Assembly (NCBI GenBank): GCA_002328075.1
Contig: DCVT01000022.1
Coordinates: 9,172-73,171 of the forward strand
Length of the DNA stretch: 64,000 nt
From: Anaerolineales bacterium UBA2181
Lineage (GTDB): Bacteria > Chloroflexota > Anaerolineae > Promineifilales > UBA4811
Reading direction: 5' to 3'
The notes under the pieces were generated by a model that was not told the DNA's origin, made no database searches, and worked only from the letters and a program-made list of their open reading frames with translations. Positions 18,907 to 28,703 of this stretch are shown here, piece by piece (position 1 is the stretch's first letter; the number at the start of each line of letters is the position of its first letter). A program made the translations under genes and the position numbers.

Positions 18907-20850
18907 ATGGGCAACGTCCGTCGCTGGTACACCTATGGGATCTGTGCGATTGCTTTGCAGGCGCTCGCGTGGGCCTTGATTAACCTGCTGCGCAACCTAT
19001 TGCTCTCACCCCTCCGGCCTCAACCGGAGGCGCTCGCCTTTCAGATCGCGGTGATTGTGGTGGGCGGCGCGCTTTACCTGGGCCACTGGCTTTGGGCCCG
19101 GCGGTTGACCCGCGCGAGCGATGAAGAGCGCCATGCGACGCTGCGCGGGCTGTATCTCTATGGCATGATGGCTGGGTTCCTCGGTCCGATTCTTCCCAAC
19201 CTCTACGACCTCCTCCGCACGCTGATGGGTACCAAACGGGTTTGGTCCGGTTATCCGCGTGTGGAATTGACTCCCCGCGAGTGGTCGGTCTATCACCTGA
19301 TGGCGGTGCTGGTGTTGGGCCTCTGGTGGCTGTACCACTGGATGGAGGTGCGGCAGGAGGGCAAGAGGGAGTCGGATGGCTGGGCAACGGTGCGGCGGTC
19401 GTACATCCTGGGGTTCTCCGCCGCCGGGCTGAAAATCACCACTGTGGCTATGATCTCGCTGATTCAGTGGCTGCTGCTGCTGCCGGGCGCCATTTGGAGC
19501 AGAGGGGCAGCCAGCCAATCGGTGTTGACGCTCGGTGCCCAGCTACTCATTGGGGTGCCGCTGTGGACCGTCTTTTGGTCCCGGGCGCAGGCGTTGTTCG
19601 ATGCCGGGAACGCGTCCGAACGCGATTCTGCGCTGCGCAAGGCATACCTCTATCTCGCTGCCTTGATCGGTTCGATGGGATCCATCTATGCCGCTGCTGC
19701 GTTGGCAGCCAGCCTGATGCGGAGGTTGCTGGGCTGGAGCGCCGTAGCCCAAGGCAGTGAGGGCGACTATCGGCAGGCGCTATCGATCATTGCAGGCCTG
19801 GGGGTGCTGTGGTCTTACCACGCCTATGTGCTTCGCGGGGATGCGGCCAAGGAAGAGACAACCGCGCAAAAAGCGACCGTCCGACACATTTATATCTATC
19901 TGGTGGCAGGCGCCGGTCTGCTTGCCCTCGGGATTGGGCTGGGCGGTGAGGTCACTGTGCTGGTGAACACCCTGGCCAGTGGCGGGTTTGGGAACAGCCA
20001 ACAGGCGGCCTTTGCCTGGGCCACGGCCGCCATCATCGCCGGTCTGCCTGTCCATGTGGTGCAGAGGCGGCGGGCACAGTTGGAGGCCAGGGGGACGGGT
20101 CCGGACAGCACCCATGCCCTGCGCTCCGTTCCCAGGCGAATCTACCTTTACCTGTTTCTGTTTGCCGCCGCCCTGGTCGACCTGGGGGCGTTGGTCTTTA
20201 TTGTGTACAAGATTCTCAGCGCGTTGTTGGGAGGCGAGCCCCTACGGATGGCCGAAATCGCCCAATACATCGGATACGCCGCCATTGGGGCGGCCGTGTG
20301 GGTGAGCCATCTGGTGGTGCTGCGTTCCGACCGGCAACTGCTGGCAGCCACGGAAGAGGCCAAGGCCTTGCGTCTGGTGATGCTGGACGCGGAAGGCTCC
20401 TCCTTGGGACCCGCGATTGTCCGGGCGCTCGCAGAAAGCGTCGGGGGTGTGGACGTGACGCTGGCGCAAGTGGGACAGGCGGGAACGGCAGACGATTCGG
20501 CCGAGGCCGCGCGAGACGAGCTGCTCGGCGCGGCCGATCTGGTTCAGGTCCCATGGCTCCTCCTGCAGGCCGGAAGCGGGGTCCCGGCATCGTTGCCGGG
20601 GGCCGTGGCGCGGAGTCCGGTGCGCAAGCTGTTGCTACCCATCTGGAGCGAAGGTTGGGAGTGGGTCGGCGTCGACCGCTGGGAGCCAGACGAGTGGGCG
20701 AGAGAGGCGGTCAACGCGGTCGGTCGGGCGGTGGAAGGCCGGCCGATCAAACCCCGGCGGCCGTTAGGCGCCGCGGCCATCGCCTGGATCGTGCTGGGTG
20801 GTCTGATGCTGCTATCCGCCTTGGGGGCGGCGATCGCCAACATACTCTAG
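18907..20850 (+). CDS. Polytopic membrane protein built from six tandem two-helix modules (DUF5671-like repeats) plus a C-terminal soluble segment and a terminal TM
   Basis: SD aggagg upstream. Six occurrences of an R-x-x-Y-(L/I/T)-Y motif each open a hydrophobic hairpin: RRWYTYG, LRGLYLYG, RRSYILG, LRKAYLYL, VRHIYIYL, PRRIYLYL. Confidence 0.75.
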   Translation: MGNVRRWYTYGICAIALQALAWALINLLRNLLLSPLRPQPEALAFQIAVIVVGGALYLGHWLWARRLTRASDEERHATLRGLYLYGMMAGFLGPILPNLYDLLRTLMGTKRVWSGYPRVELTPREWSVYHLMAVLVLGLWWLYHWMEVRQEGKRESDGWATVRRSYILGFSAAGLKITTVAMISLIQWLLLLPGAIWSRGAASQSVLTLGAQLLIGVPLWTVFWSRAQALFDAGNASERDSALRKAYLYLAALIGSMGSIYAAAALAASLMRRLLGWSAVAQGSEGDYRQALSIIAGLGVLWSYHAYVLRGDAAKEETTAQKATVRHIYIYLVAGAGLLALGIGLGGEVTVLVNTLASGGFGNSQQAAFAWATAAIIAGLPVHVVQRRRAQLEARGTGPDSTHALRSVPRRIYLYLFLFAAALVDLGALVFIVYKILSALLGGEPLRMAEIAQYIGYAAIGAAVWVSHLVVLRSDRQLLAATEEAKALRLVMLDAEGSSLGPAIVRALAESVGGVDVTLAQVGQAGTADDSAEAARDELLGAADLVQVPWLLLQAGSGVPASLPGAVARSPVRKLLLPIWSEGWEWVGVDRWEPDEWAREAVNAVGRAVEGRPIKPRRPLGAAAIAWIVLGGLMLLSALGAAIANIL

Positions 20851-21289
20851 CAAGTGCCCGGCTGTCTGTACCGGCCGGTTGGTTGGGCCACAACCTGCGT
20901 TGGCTGAATGGGTGGGCGCCGCGCGAACGGCACGCCGGGCGGTTGCCGCGGACGTGCCGAGCAGGTGCCATGTCGGCCGTTCGCCACACGATCCGGCGGG
21001 CAGAACGAGCACCAAACGCCGCCTGACCCGCGGGGCGGGCTTGAGCAATCGATCGTGCGCCTACTGCTCGCGCGAAAATCGGCCGGATGGCGGAATTGAT
21101 GCGTCACCAGCCACGTCTGCAAAGGCCGCGCCTCCAAATCATCGCAGGCTGCCCGGAATGACTTGTGAGCGGCGCGAATATCCGGTCCTGCCTCCCCGGG
21201 CTGCGGCCAACCACAAACCGATCAGGCCCGCACCGATGCAATTCCGTGCGTCTGGTGGCAGCCACGAGACATGCCGCTGAATCCGCGCG

Positions 21290-22030
21290 TCAGGTCAGAA
21301 TTTGTGACAACGCCAGCAGCAGCAAAAAACCCGACAGGAAGCCAAAGGTCGCCTCATGCTCGAAACCATGGCTGTGGCTTTCGGGGATCAGCTCGTCGGA
21401 CACGACGTAGAGCATCGCCCCGCCCGCGAACGCCAGGCTGAACGGCAAAACAGCCCCGAAAAAGGTGACAAAGACAGCACCCAGCAGGGCGGCCAAGGGC
21501 TCGGAGAGCCCAGAGCCAAAGGCCCACGCCAAGTATCGGCGGCGCGGCATGCCACAGGCCCGGAAAGGCCCGGCCACGGCGATGCCCTCCGGTATGTTGT
21601 GCAAGGCGATGGCCAGAGCCAGAAGCAGGCCAAGGCGTGGCTCGGCCGCGTAACCAGTGCCCACTGCCAGGCCCTCGGGGATGTTGTGCAGAGTCAGCGC
21701 CGAAAAAAGGAGAACTCCACGGCGGTAAGCCATGGGTTGAGTGCACTCGAACGATAGGGGCGTATGCTCGTGCGGGAGCCACCGATCGAAACCAAAAAGG
21801 AGAGCGGCTCCGGCGGCCACGCCCAACAGCGCGACCGGTATGTTGCCCAGCGTGACCGCCTCTTGGATGAGTCCGATGGTGGCGATAGCGGTCATCACGC
21901 CGGCAGCAAAGCCGAGGAGCGTGTCATAGATGCGCATGTCCAGCCTGGGGAAGGCAGCCACTACACCTCCACCCAAGCCCGTGGCCAGGCCGGCGATGAG
22001 ACTGAGCAACGCGGCGTTCAGGATTACCAT
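21290..22030 (-). CDS. zupT: ZIP family divalent metal transporter (ZupT-like)
   Basis: 246 aa, about 8 TM, with duplicated LHNIPEGLAVG / LHNIPEGIAVA metal-binding motifs characteristic of ZIP/ZupT. Confidence 0.85.
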   Translation of the reverse strand: MVILNAALLSLIAGLATGLGGGVVAAFPRLDMRIYDTLLGFAAGVMTAIATIGLIQEAVTLGNIPVALLGVAAGAALLFGFDRWLPHEHTPLSFECTQPMAYRRGVLLFSALTLHNIPEGLAVGTGYAAEPRLGLLLALAIALHNIPEGIAVAGPFRACGMPRRRYLAWAFGSGLSEPLAALLGAVFVTFFGAVLPFSLAFAGGAMLYVVSDELIPESHSHGFEHEATFGFLSGFLLLLALSQILT

Positions 22031-22403
22031 AAGCCGTCCGTGTGATGAGCATCGCCGCGCCTCGAGGCGCAGCCTGTCTCGGAATTCGCTGACGGCACAT
22101 TGTATGAGAGAACCGTCGAGGGGTCAAGCGGGGGACAGCAGGCGTTGAACACGGCAAAAAGCCAGCCGATGGCGCCCATGCGTCAACAAGAGCCATGACA
22201 GGTTTCGAGGTGTGAGCAAACCAGCCGGCACGGGCGTTGGTCAGGAATTGGAGATGGGAAAGCTCATGGTGCGGTTGGTCGGGTGAACGCCCCGTGCCGC
22301 AGCATCCTGGGCAGACCGAGTGAGAGCTGCCGCGGAGGCCGCACGCTAGGTGGTTGTGTGGATGATCAGGCACCGCTGCTGCTTGGCATCCGCCAGATCC
22401 AGG

Positions 22404-22904
22404 TTACCCGCCCTGAAGTTTTTTGCGCATGGGTTGAACCGGGAGCCCGTTCCCGTCGAAACTCCACCCGGTCCGCACGCCGGTCGACCTCTTGTAACCC
22501 ATGGCCAGGTAAAAGGGAACGCCGTAAAGGGTGGCCGCCACCCGGATCACCGTCGATCCCCGCCGAAGGCACTCGGGTTCAAATCGCGCGACCAGCCGCC
22601 GCCCAATCCCGTGCCGGTGATGGTCCGCCCGCACAAAGAGGCTGGCCAGCCGATCCTGGCGGCCGCGCAGCACGCCGACGATCTCTCCGTCGTCTTCGGC
22701 CACGAACACCATCGCGGACCGGATCACCCCGGCAATCGCCTGTTGATGCGACAGGTCCTCTGACCGGGCATGGCGAAACGGGCCCAAAAAGAGACCCAGC
22801 TGGGTGGGCGGCACGAAAGAGAGGTTGAACTCGCTATAGGTATCCGCGATGAGCCGACCCACGCTGGCGGCATCGCCCTCTTGATAGTCACGGATCTTGA
22901 TCAT
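22404..22904 (-). CDS. GNAT family N-acetyltransferase
   Basis: 166 aa. The VAEDDGEIVGVL...LFVRADHHRHGIGRRLVARFE acetyl-CoA binding (R/Q-x-x-G-x-G/A) motif is typical of GNAT. Confidence 0.8.
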   Translation of the reverse strand: MIKIRDYQEGDAASVGRLIADTYSEFNLSFVPPTQLGLFLGPFRHARSEDLSHQQAIAGVIRSAMVFVAEDDGEIVGVLRGRQDRLASLFVRADHHRHGIGRRLVARFEPECLRRGSTVIRVAATLYGVPFYLAMGYKRSTGVRTGWSFDGNGLPVQPMRKKLQGG

Positions 22905-22944
22905 GGGAGCTCCCTGCAGTGCCGGCCGCGCCTATCGTCGCGTT

Positions 22945-23016
22945 GGGTTCTATCCAGGACGGCGCATGGTACCCGGGTTCGCTCGGTGGTTGCGTACCGG
23001 CAAGCGCATAGAACCC
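22945..23016. other. 72-nt imperfect inverted repeat / extended hairpin, 40-110 nt upstream of the GNAT start
   Basis: Outer stem GGGTTCTAT (22945-22953) pairs with ATAGAACCC (23008-23016). Inner GCGC/GCGC and GGTAC/GTACC pairings are also seen. Confidence 0.35.
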
Positions 23017-24000
23017 GGTTGGCGGGTGCACGGCCAATCGGCCGCGACCGTTTGAGACTCCTTTGAGGACTGCCTCACAGGGCAATCCTGCAGCAACTGA
23101 CACGCCACGGTCCGAGTGTATCCGGCCTGCGCAGCCGGCGCAAGCACGTTGGCGCTGCGGCTGCCGTGGCGAGGGAATGTCAACGAATGGGAAGCGAATG
23201 ACAAAACGACGCAAGCGGGTACCGGCGAGCCCGGTGCGTCACCGACTGCCCGTGCGTGCGGCCGGGCCGTCCGGACCATGGCGGCGCCGGCCGTGGGACC
23301 GCCTCCGGCGTGCGGTCGTGTGACGGTATAGCCGGTCGCGGTTGCGGCGGGTCGTCGTGCGCCGGGCGCAACCCCGGCCCAGCGGTGCGTATTGGTGAGC
23401 CTATGGGAAGGAGTGAACGATGATAGTTTTCAAACTGCTGGGCAACCTGATCGGAGCGGCGATCTGAGCCGGGCTGATCTACGCCGGGTGCGTACTCTGG
23501 CCTTTTCACCTCAACCAGAACCTGGGTATGGTGATCGCTGTTGCGGTGGGCGCCGGGGCCTTGCTGAGCGGGGTGGCGAGCACGATTAGCAGCTGCGCGC
23601 CGCCAGGCAGTAACATTCCCCGATGGCCACTGCTGGATGGCAGGCCGTGCATAACGGGGTGGCCATTAAACCGGTGCACGGTCCGGGCGTTTTCCAGGTA
23701 AGGTGCGCGGCCAGCCAGGCTCTGACCCACCGTACGCCAACAACGCAAACCAGAGGCCGCCGCCGATGGCGGACCGGTCCTCAGTCGTGTCTGATGCTTT
23801 GGGGTCGAGCCTTCCGCTCTGTGTTGCGGGCAGGTGCACCGGCCCGCCTGCGGTTGTGACCTTGGGTCAGATCGTCGCGCCGTAAATCAAACCTCTAGCC
23901 CGGTGCCTGGGTAGTATTAGGGTAGCTGTACCCAATCAGATGAGGCCAGATGCCGATGGATTCCTGGGTGCGAAGCACTGGCAAACCAATCCGGTGGTCC

Positions 24001-25215
24001 ATGATCCGGCGCGGCATCACCCACGCCGTCCCGTTCCTGCTGTTGGCGGTCATCTCGGCGTGCCGACCGGGCGGTGCGTCCCACACGGAACAGCCTGCGC
24101 GGATTCTGGCGCAGGCGCCAGGTTCCACCGTCGCCGGCTCTTCGGCACGGCTTGAGGAGAAGATTGGCCCGGCCGACCAGCCGTCGGTCGCGCGACCCAG
24201 TGCGTCGGCTGGCGGCATGAAGGCAGCGGAGGGCGAGCCCTCGCCAACCATCGACGCTGCGCCGTCAGCCACGACGCCCTGCAGCCCCGTGGATTTGACC
24301 GGCATCGACGCGCCAAAAGAGCGCCCGGAAGCGGACGCGCCTCCGCCTGCGACTGACCCGACCAAGACGCCGGCAGTCGTCCAGGGTGACACGCGCAGCC
24401 GCTCGGCGGATGGGATGATGGCCGTATATGTTGCCGGCGGGGAGTTTGTGATGGGCAGCTCCGACCATGAGGTGGACCTGGCCCGGGCGCTGTGTGTCCA
24501 ATACAGCCGCGATCCCAACACCGCGCGGGCGGCCTGTCAGCGGACCGCCTTTGAGAACGAGCAACCGTCGCGCCGGGTGAGATTGGCTGGCTTTTGGATT
24601 GACCGCACTGAAGTGACGGTGGGTCAATATCGCCGCTGTGTAGATGATGGCGCATGCACGCCGCCGGTCCGGCTCGATTCGGCCACCAGGGACACGTATT
24701 TCGACGACCCGGGTTACCGTGACTATCCGGTGGTGTGGGTCGATCAGGGCCAGGCGACCTCCTATTGCGCCTGGGCCGGCGGCCGGCTGCCGACCGAGTC
24801 CGAGTGGGAATATGCTGCCCGCGGCCCGGACTCGCTCCTCTTTCCTTGGGGCGACGTCTTTGACGGCAGCCGCCTGAACTATTGCGATGCAAGCTGCACG
24901 GCCGGGCCCAATGACCCGAGCGTGGATGATGGGTACCCCAATACCGCACCCGCGGGAAGCTTTCCGGCGGGCGCCAGTTGGTGTGGGGCGCTGGACCTGG
25001 CGGGCAATGTTCGTGAGTGGGTGGCGGATTGGTATGGGCTCTATCCTATCGGACCGCAAACAAACCCGACTGGGCCACCCGTGGGCGATGCGCGGATACC
25101 GCGCGGTGGGAGCTGGCTGGATACGCCGGATGATGTGCGCAGCACCAATCGCGGCGCCAACGCGGTTGACTATGCCCGGCATAAGGTGGGTTTCCGTTGC
25201 GCGGCCGATGGCTGA
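24001..25215 (+). CDS. Lipoprotein with formylglycine-generating-enzyme (SUMF1/FGE-sulfatase) family domain
   Basis: Start placed at ATG 24001 (the listed ORF starts at 23950). Signal plus lipobox FLLLAVISAC. A Pro/Ala-rich linker. FGE-type motifs: FWIDRTEVTVGQY, YPVVWVDQGQATSYCAWAGGRLPTESEWEYAARG, GNVREWVADWY, RGGSW, GFRCA. Confidence 0.8.
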   Translation: MIRRGITHAVPFLLLAVISACRPGGASHTEQPARILAQAPGSTVAGSSARLEEKIGPADQPSVARPSASAGGMKAAEGEPSPTIDAAPSATTPCSPVDLTGIDAPKERPEADAPPPATDPTKTPAVVQGDTRSRSADGMMAVYVAGGEFVMGSSDHEVDLARALCVQYSRDPNTARAACQRTAFENEQPSRRVRLAGFWIDRTEVTVGQYRRCVDDGACTPPVRLDSATRDTYFDDPGYRDYPVVWVDQGQATSYCAWAGGRLPTESEWEYAARGPDSLLFPWGDVFDGSRLNYCDASCTAGPNDPSVDDGYPNTAPAGSFPAGASWCGALDLAGNVREWVADWYGLYPIGPQTNPTGPPVGDARIPRGGSWLDTPDDVRSTNRGANAVDYARHKVGFRCAADG

Positions 25216-25964
25216 GCGGTCGTGGGCACCCGGCCGGCGCATCGGCATCGCGCTGGCGGCTAAGGCGGGAGCAGAGGCGATGCCCGGCCGGTCACCGGGA
25301 GCGGTCGGGGTAGGGCTTTGCGTGGAAGTGCTGGCCACCAACCAGGTCCAGCAGACCTGCGCCGGCCACCATGTTCAGAGGGGATCGCCAGACCCCGGCT
25401 GCCGCAGCCGGAGCGCCGGTTCTTCAGCCGGCGGACGGGTGGCCCTGACCACACAGGTTTGCGCCCGTCGAGGGCCGCCAGATCTGGCCCCGTCTCCATG
25501 CCTGGGGACCTGCAGGCTTGCCTGAACCTGCCAGGCCCTGTCCGGGATGCGCGGTGCCGGATCTGGCACGGTGCATAATTGCCGCATGCCGGTTGTCCAT
25601 TGAACGGGAGGCGGGCGCACCCGTGGCGGATCGGGGGTGGGTGACCTCATCGCTATTCGACGGATGGCCGTACCAGACTGGACAACCCTTTCGCCGGCCT
25701 TTGAACGACAAGGCTGGCGTAGAAAGGATGGGGCCAGACCGTGCCCATCGATGACGACCGGGCGCTGCATCTGATCAAGGAGTGCCAACAGCGGTACCCG
25801 GGGCGCCACTTGGCCATTGATGCGCTCAAGGCAGCCGGGTGCTCACAGCACGCAACACGGCCGCGCTGGAGGGCGCAGAAACAGGGTGACGGGAGCCCCG
25901 GTGGTGCCCCAAGGTACAAGGTCTGGTCGGCCCTCGACTCCGGCCGGCCGCGAGGAGTCTGGCC

Positions 25965-26413
25965 ATGGCATACAGTGAAGAACCGGCATTTGATCTCCGC
26001 GTCTTGAGGGCAGAGGATGATGGATTCAGGCAGTACCTGCAGGGGATACTGAACCAGTATCACTGGATGGCACATCCTCTGTTGGATATGCCAAAAACCG
26101 CCAGGTAAATCGTCCGCGTGACCGGCGCAGATGGCTCGGTAGTGGGTGGAGCGCTCCTAAGGGCCTACTGGGGCTGGCTGGAGGTAGGTCTGGTCGGTTA
26201 AAAAAGGCGGCGCTCGGGCGTGGGGTGGTGGGACGGCAGTTGATGGCGGTCATCGCAGAACAGGCACGGTAGGAAAGCCACCTCCGGATTTGGGTGGAGA
26301 CCTTTGAACAGGAGTTTGGGTTCTACCTACGCGTGGGTTACCGGATCGTGGGCAAGCCGGAGGACCATCCTAAAGGGCACAGCTACTATTGCTTGCGCAA
26401 AGATCTAGGGTAG
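25965..26413 (+). pseudogene. Decayed GNAT acetyltransferase gene (in-frame stops plus frameshift)
   Basis: Reading from ATG 25965 gives MAYSEEPAFDLRVLRAEDDGFRQYLQGILNQYHWMAHPLLDMPKTAR*, then IVRVTGADGSVVGGALLRAYWGWLEVGLVG*. After a frame change it gives RLKKAALGRGVVGRQLMAVIAEQAR*ESHLRIWVETFEQEFGFYLRVGYRIVGKPEDHPKGHSYYCLRKDLG*. The collinear GNAT motifs (GRGVG-type loop, FY...GY...G end) are broken by at least three stops. Confidence 0.6.
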
Positions 26414-26700
26414 GCGGCGAGCCTTCGGTGCAGGCCGGCCAAGCAAGGGCCGGGCAGATCGGAAATGCCGCTTGCCGTGGAGCGCTTGGGATGCCAGTTC
26501 GGCCGGAGATCGGGGGGGCTTTGCCGACTGGAAGCGCCAAAGGTGCCGCTAATCGGTGGTCTCGCGCTGCGACCGTGTGGGCGGGACATGGTGATGCCGC
26601 TGCTGCATGAGCGTGATACAATGCCCGCCATGCGCGGTCCGGCCCGGCGGGCCATCTGTAGCGGTGCCCGTGGAGGCGCACCACTTTGAAGGTGAGGACC

Positions 26701-27234
26701 ATGACTTGCGTTTTTGTTGCCATGAACCACGAATATGCCACCAGGATTGTGGATGGCTGGAAGTACGCCAACGAGTACGCGATCTATGATTACGCCAACG
26801 AGGCCGACCACATGCTGGATTCGGAGGCGTGGGGCCGAGGGATATTCGCGGTCTTGAACCCGGCCGGAGATCTGATGGGCGAGCTCTCCATCGAGTTCTG
26901 GGATCAACAGGGGCAGTACACCGAATATGCGGATTTTGCTGATGAGGCGCTGATCAACCAGCGCGACTTGTGGGTTGGCTTTGGGCTCAGGCCAGATCAG
27001 GTGGGTCAGGGCTATGGCGCCGATTTTGTGAAGGCATGTGTCGAGTTTGCGGTCCGGCAATGCCGCTATCGAGGCGAATACGCTCGCCTGGGCGTGGCCG
27101 AATTCAACCAACGGGCCATCCGGGCCTATGAGAAGGCCGGATTCGAGATCTGTCTTCACACCGTCGGCCAGATCAATGGCCAGACGTACGATTGCGTGCA
27201 GATGCGAAAAAGGTTGGCGGCCGCAGCTGGTTAA
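26701..27234 (+). CDS. GNAT family N-acetyltransferase
   Basis: Start placed at ATG 26701 (ggtgagga upstream). WVGFGLRPDQVGQGYGADFVKACVEFA acetyl-CoA loop and NQRAIRAYEKAGFE motif. Confidence 0.75.
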   Translation: MTCVFVAMNHEYATRIVDGWKYANEYAIYDYANEADHMLDSEAWGRGIFAVLNPAGDLMGELSIEFWDQQGQYTEYADFADEALINQRDLWVGFGLRPDQVGQGYGADFVKACVEFAVRQCRYRGEYARLGVAEFNQRAIRAYEKAGFEICLHTVGQINGQTYDCVQMRKRLAAAAG

Positions 27235-27461
27235 CCTGGCAATCCGCGCGGTGCCGCGCCGGGCGGCACCTATGTGAGCGACGCGGACGGCTGACCGCCA
27301 ATGCCTGGTGCGCCAGATTTGGGTGTTTCCCGACACGAGCAGGCCACCCCCACCCCACCCCGGCCGCCAGCCTCTTCCCGGTTGCGCAGCGCCTGGTACA
27401 ATGCTTGTTCCGGCCGGCGCAACGCGACCGGTCGCGGTATGGCAAGATGCATACGTGTGAG

Positions 27462-28703
27462 ATGTCAAGGAATCGGTTAATGGCCGGTCTGCTGATTGCG
27501 GGCCTGCTGCTGGCGGGCTGCGGCGCGCTCTCCTGGCGGCAGGACCCGGCGGTGCGAGCGGCCGACCAGGCGTGCCGGGAGCCGGGCCAGACCGATCGGT
27601 ATGCTTGCATCGAACTGAACGCCTTGCAGTCGCTCAACCCGGAGATCTGCCGGCTGGCGGGCATCGCAGTCCACGACATGTGCCTCCAGGCGGTCTATCA
27701 GGCGGCTGATGACCCGGCCGTCTGCGAGCAGCTCTACCTGCAGGGGGTGCGCCCGACCTGCCGCGCCTACTACCAATCGCGGGCCCGCCTCGGCGAGCCA
27801 GATGCGGCCGGGCCGGTCTGGCATAGCATTCTGTTCCTGCGCACCCACGCCAGGGCGACCGAACTCTGGACGGTGAACCTGCTCAGCGAGGCAGCCGAAC
27901 GGCGAGTCCGGCCGGAGCACGTGGTGCAGGACCCGGCCGTCTCGCCGACGGGCGACGCCATCGCCTACGTCCGGGTGACCGGCGACCATGGCGGCGTGGT
28001 CTCTGAGTTGTGGTTGGTAGACCCGGAGGGTACAAACCCGCGCCTGCTCTACACGCCGCCGGCCGGCCAGAGCGTGCTCTCCCGACCGACCTGGTTGCCG
28101 GAGGGCCGGCAGGTGGCGTTTTTGCAGCACGGCAGTGGTACGCGCAGCCAGCTGCTGGGCATCGCCCTCGGCGGTGGCCAACCGACCACGATCCTGACGG
28201 ATTGCCTGGATTACGCGCTGTCCCCGGACGGCGCACTGCTGGTCGGCGTGGACCTGGAGCGGCGGCTCGCGATGTACGATCTGTCTGGCGAGTGGATCGG
28301 CGACCTGGCGCCGCAGAACATCCGATTGACCGACCTTGGCGAGTTGGCTTTTTCCCCAAGCGCTGGCCAGTTGGCGTTTCGGGCCACCGAGCCGGGCATC
28401 GATACCTGGAACTTGTACGTGATGGACTGGTCGGCGCTGTCCGCACGCCGCCTGACCGACCTGAGCGGCTTCCACCCGGCTACTGCCCAGACCGGCCAGG
28501 TCAACGGGCTGAGCTGGACGGAGAACGGCGGGCACCTGGTCTATTCGGTGGACGGTGTCGCGGAGCATGCCGGCATCTGGTTGATCAGCCTGGACGGTCT
28601 GGTGCGCCGGCGGCTGTACGCCGGGGAGGAAGGTGAGTGGGCAGCGGTGCAGGGACCTTGGTACCAGGCGGCCGGCCGGCCCGTGGGGGCGACCGATGGG
28701 TAG
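27462..28703 (+). CDS. Lipoprotein with TolB/PD40-like beta-propeller repeats
   Basis: Start placed at ATG 27462. MSRNRLMAGLLIAGLLLAGC lipobox. A Cys-rich N-terminal module, then repeated ...SP(D/T)G..(I/L)A(Y/F)... blades (AVSPTGDAIAYV, RPTWLPEGRQVAFL, ALSPDGALLVGV, AFSPSAGQLAFR, LSWTENGGHLVYS). Confidence 0.7.
   Translation: MSRNRLMAGLLIAGLLLAGCGALSWRQDPAVRAADQACREPGQTDRYACIELNALQSLNPEICRLAGIAVHDMCLQAVYQAADDPAVCEQLYLQGVRPTCRAYYQSRARLGEPDAAGPVWHSILFLRTHARATELWTVNLLSEAAERRVRPEHVVQDPAVSPTGDAIAYVRVTGDHGGVVSELWLVDPEGTNPRLLYTPPAGQSVLSRPTWLPEGRQVAFLQHGSGTRSQLLGIALGGGQPTTILTDCLDYALSPDGALLVGVDLERRLAMYDLSGEWIGDLAPQNIRLTDLGELAFSPSAGQLAFRATEPGIDTWNLYVMDWSALSARRLTDLSGFHPATAQTGQVNGLSWTENGGHLVYSVDGVAEHAGIWLISLDGLVRRRLYAGEEGEWAAVQGPWYQAAGRPVGATDG

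Noticed and set aside
24265-28568. Three long minus-strand ORFs (24265..25341, 26386..27468, 27477..28568; 358-363 aa each)
   Set aside because: All are Arg/Pro/Gly/His-rich shadows opposite the FGE-like, GNAT and TolB-like genes. No domains are recognisable.
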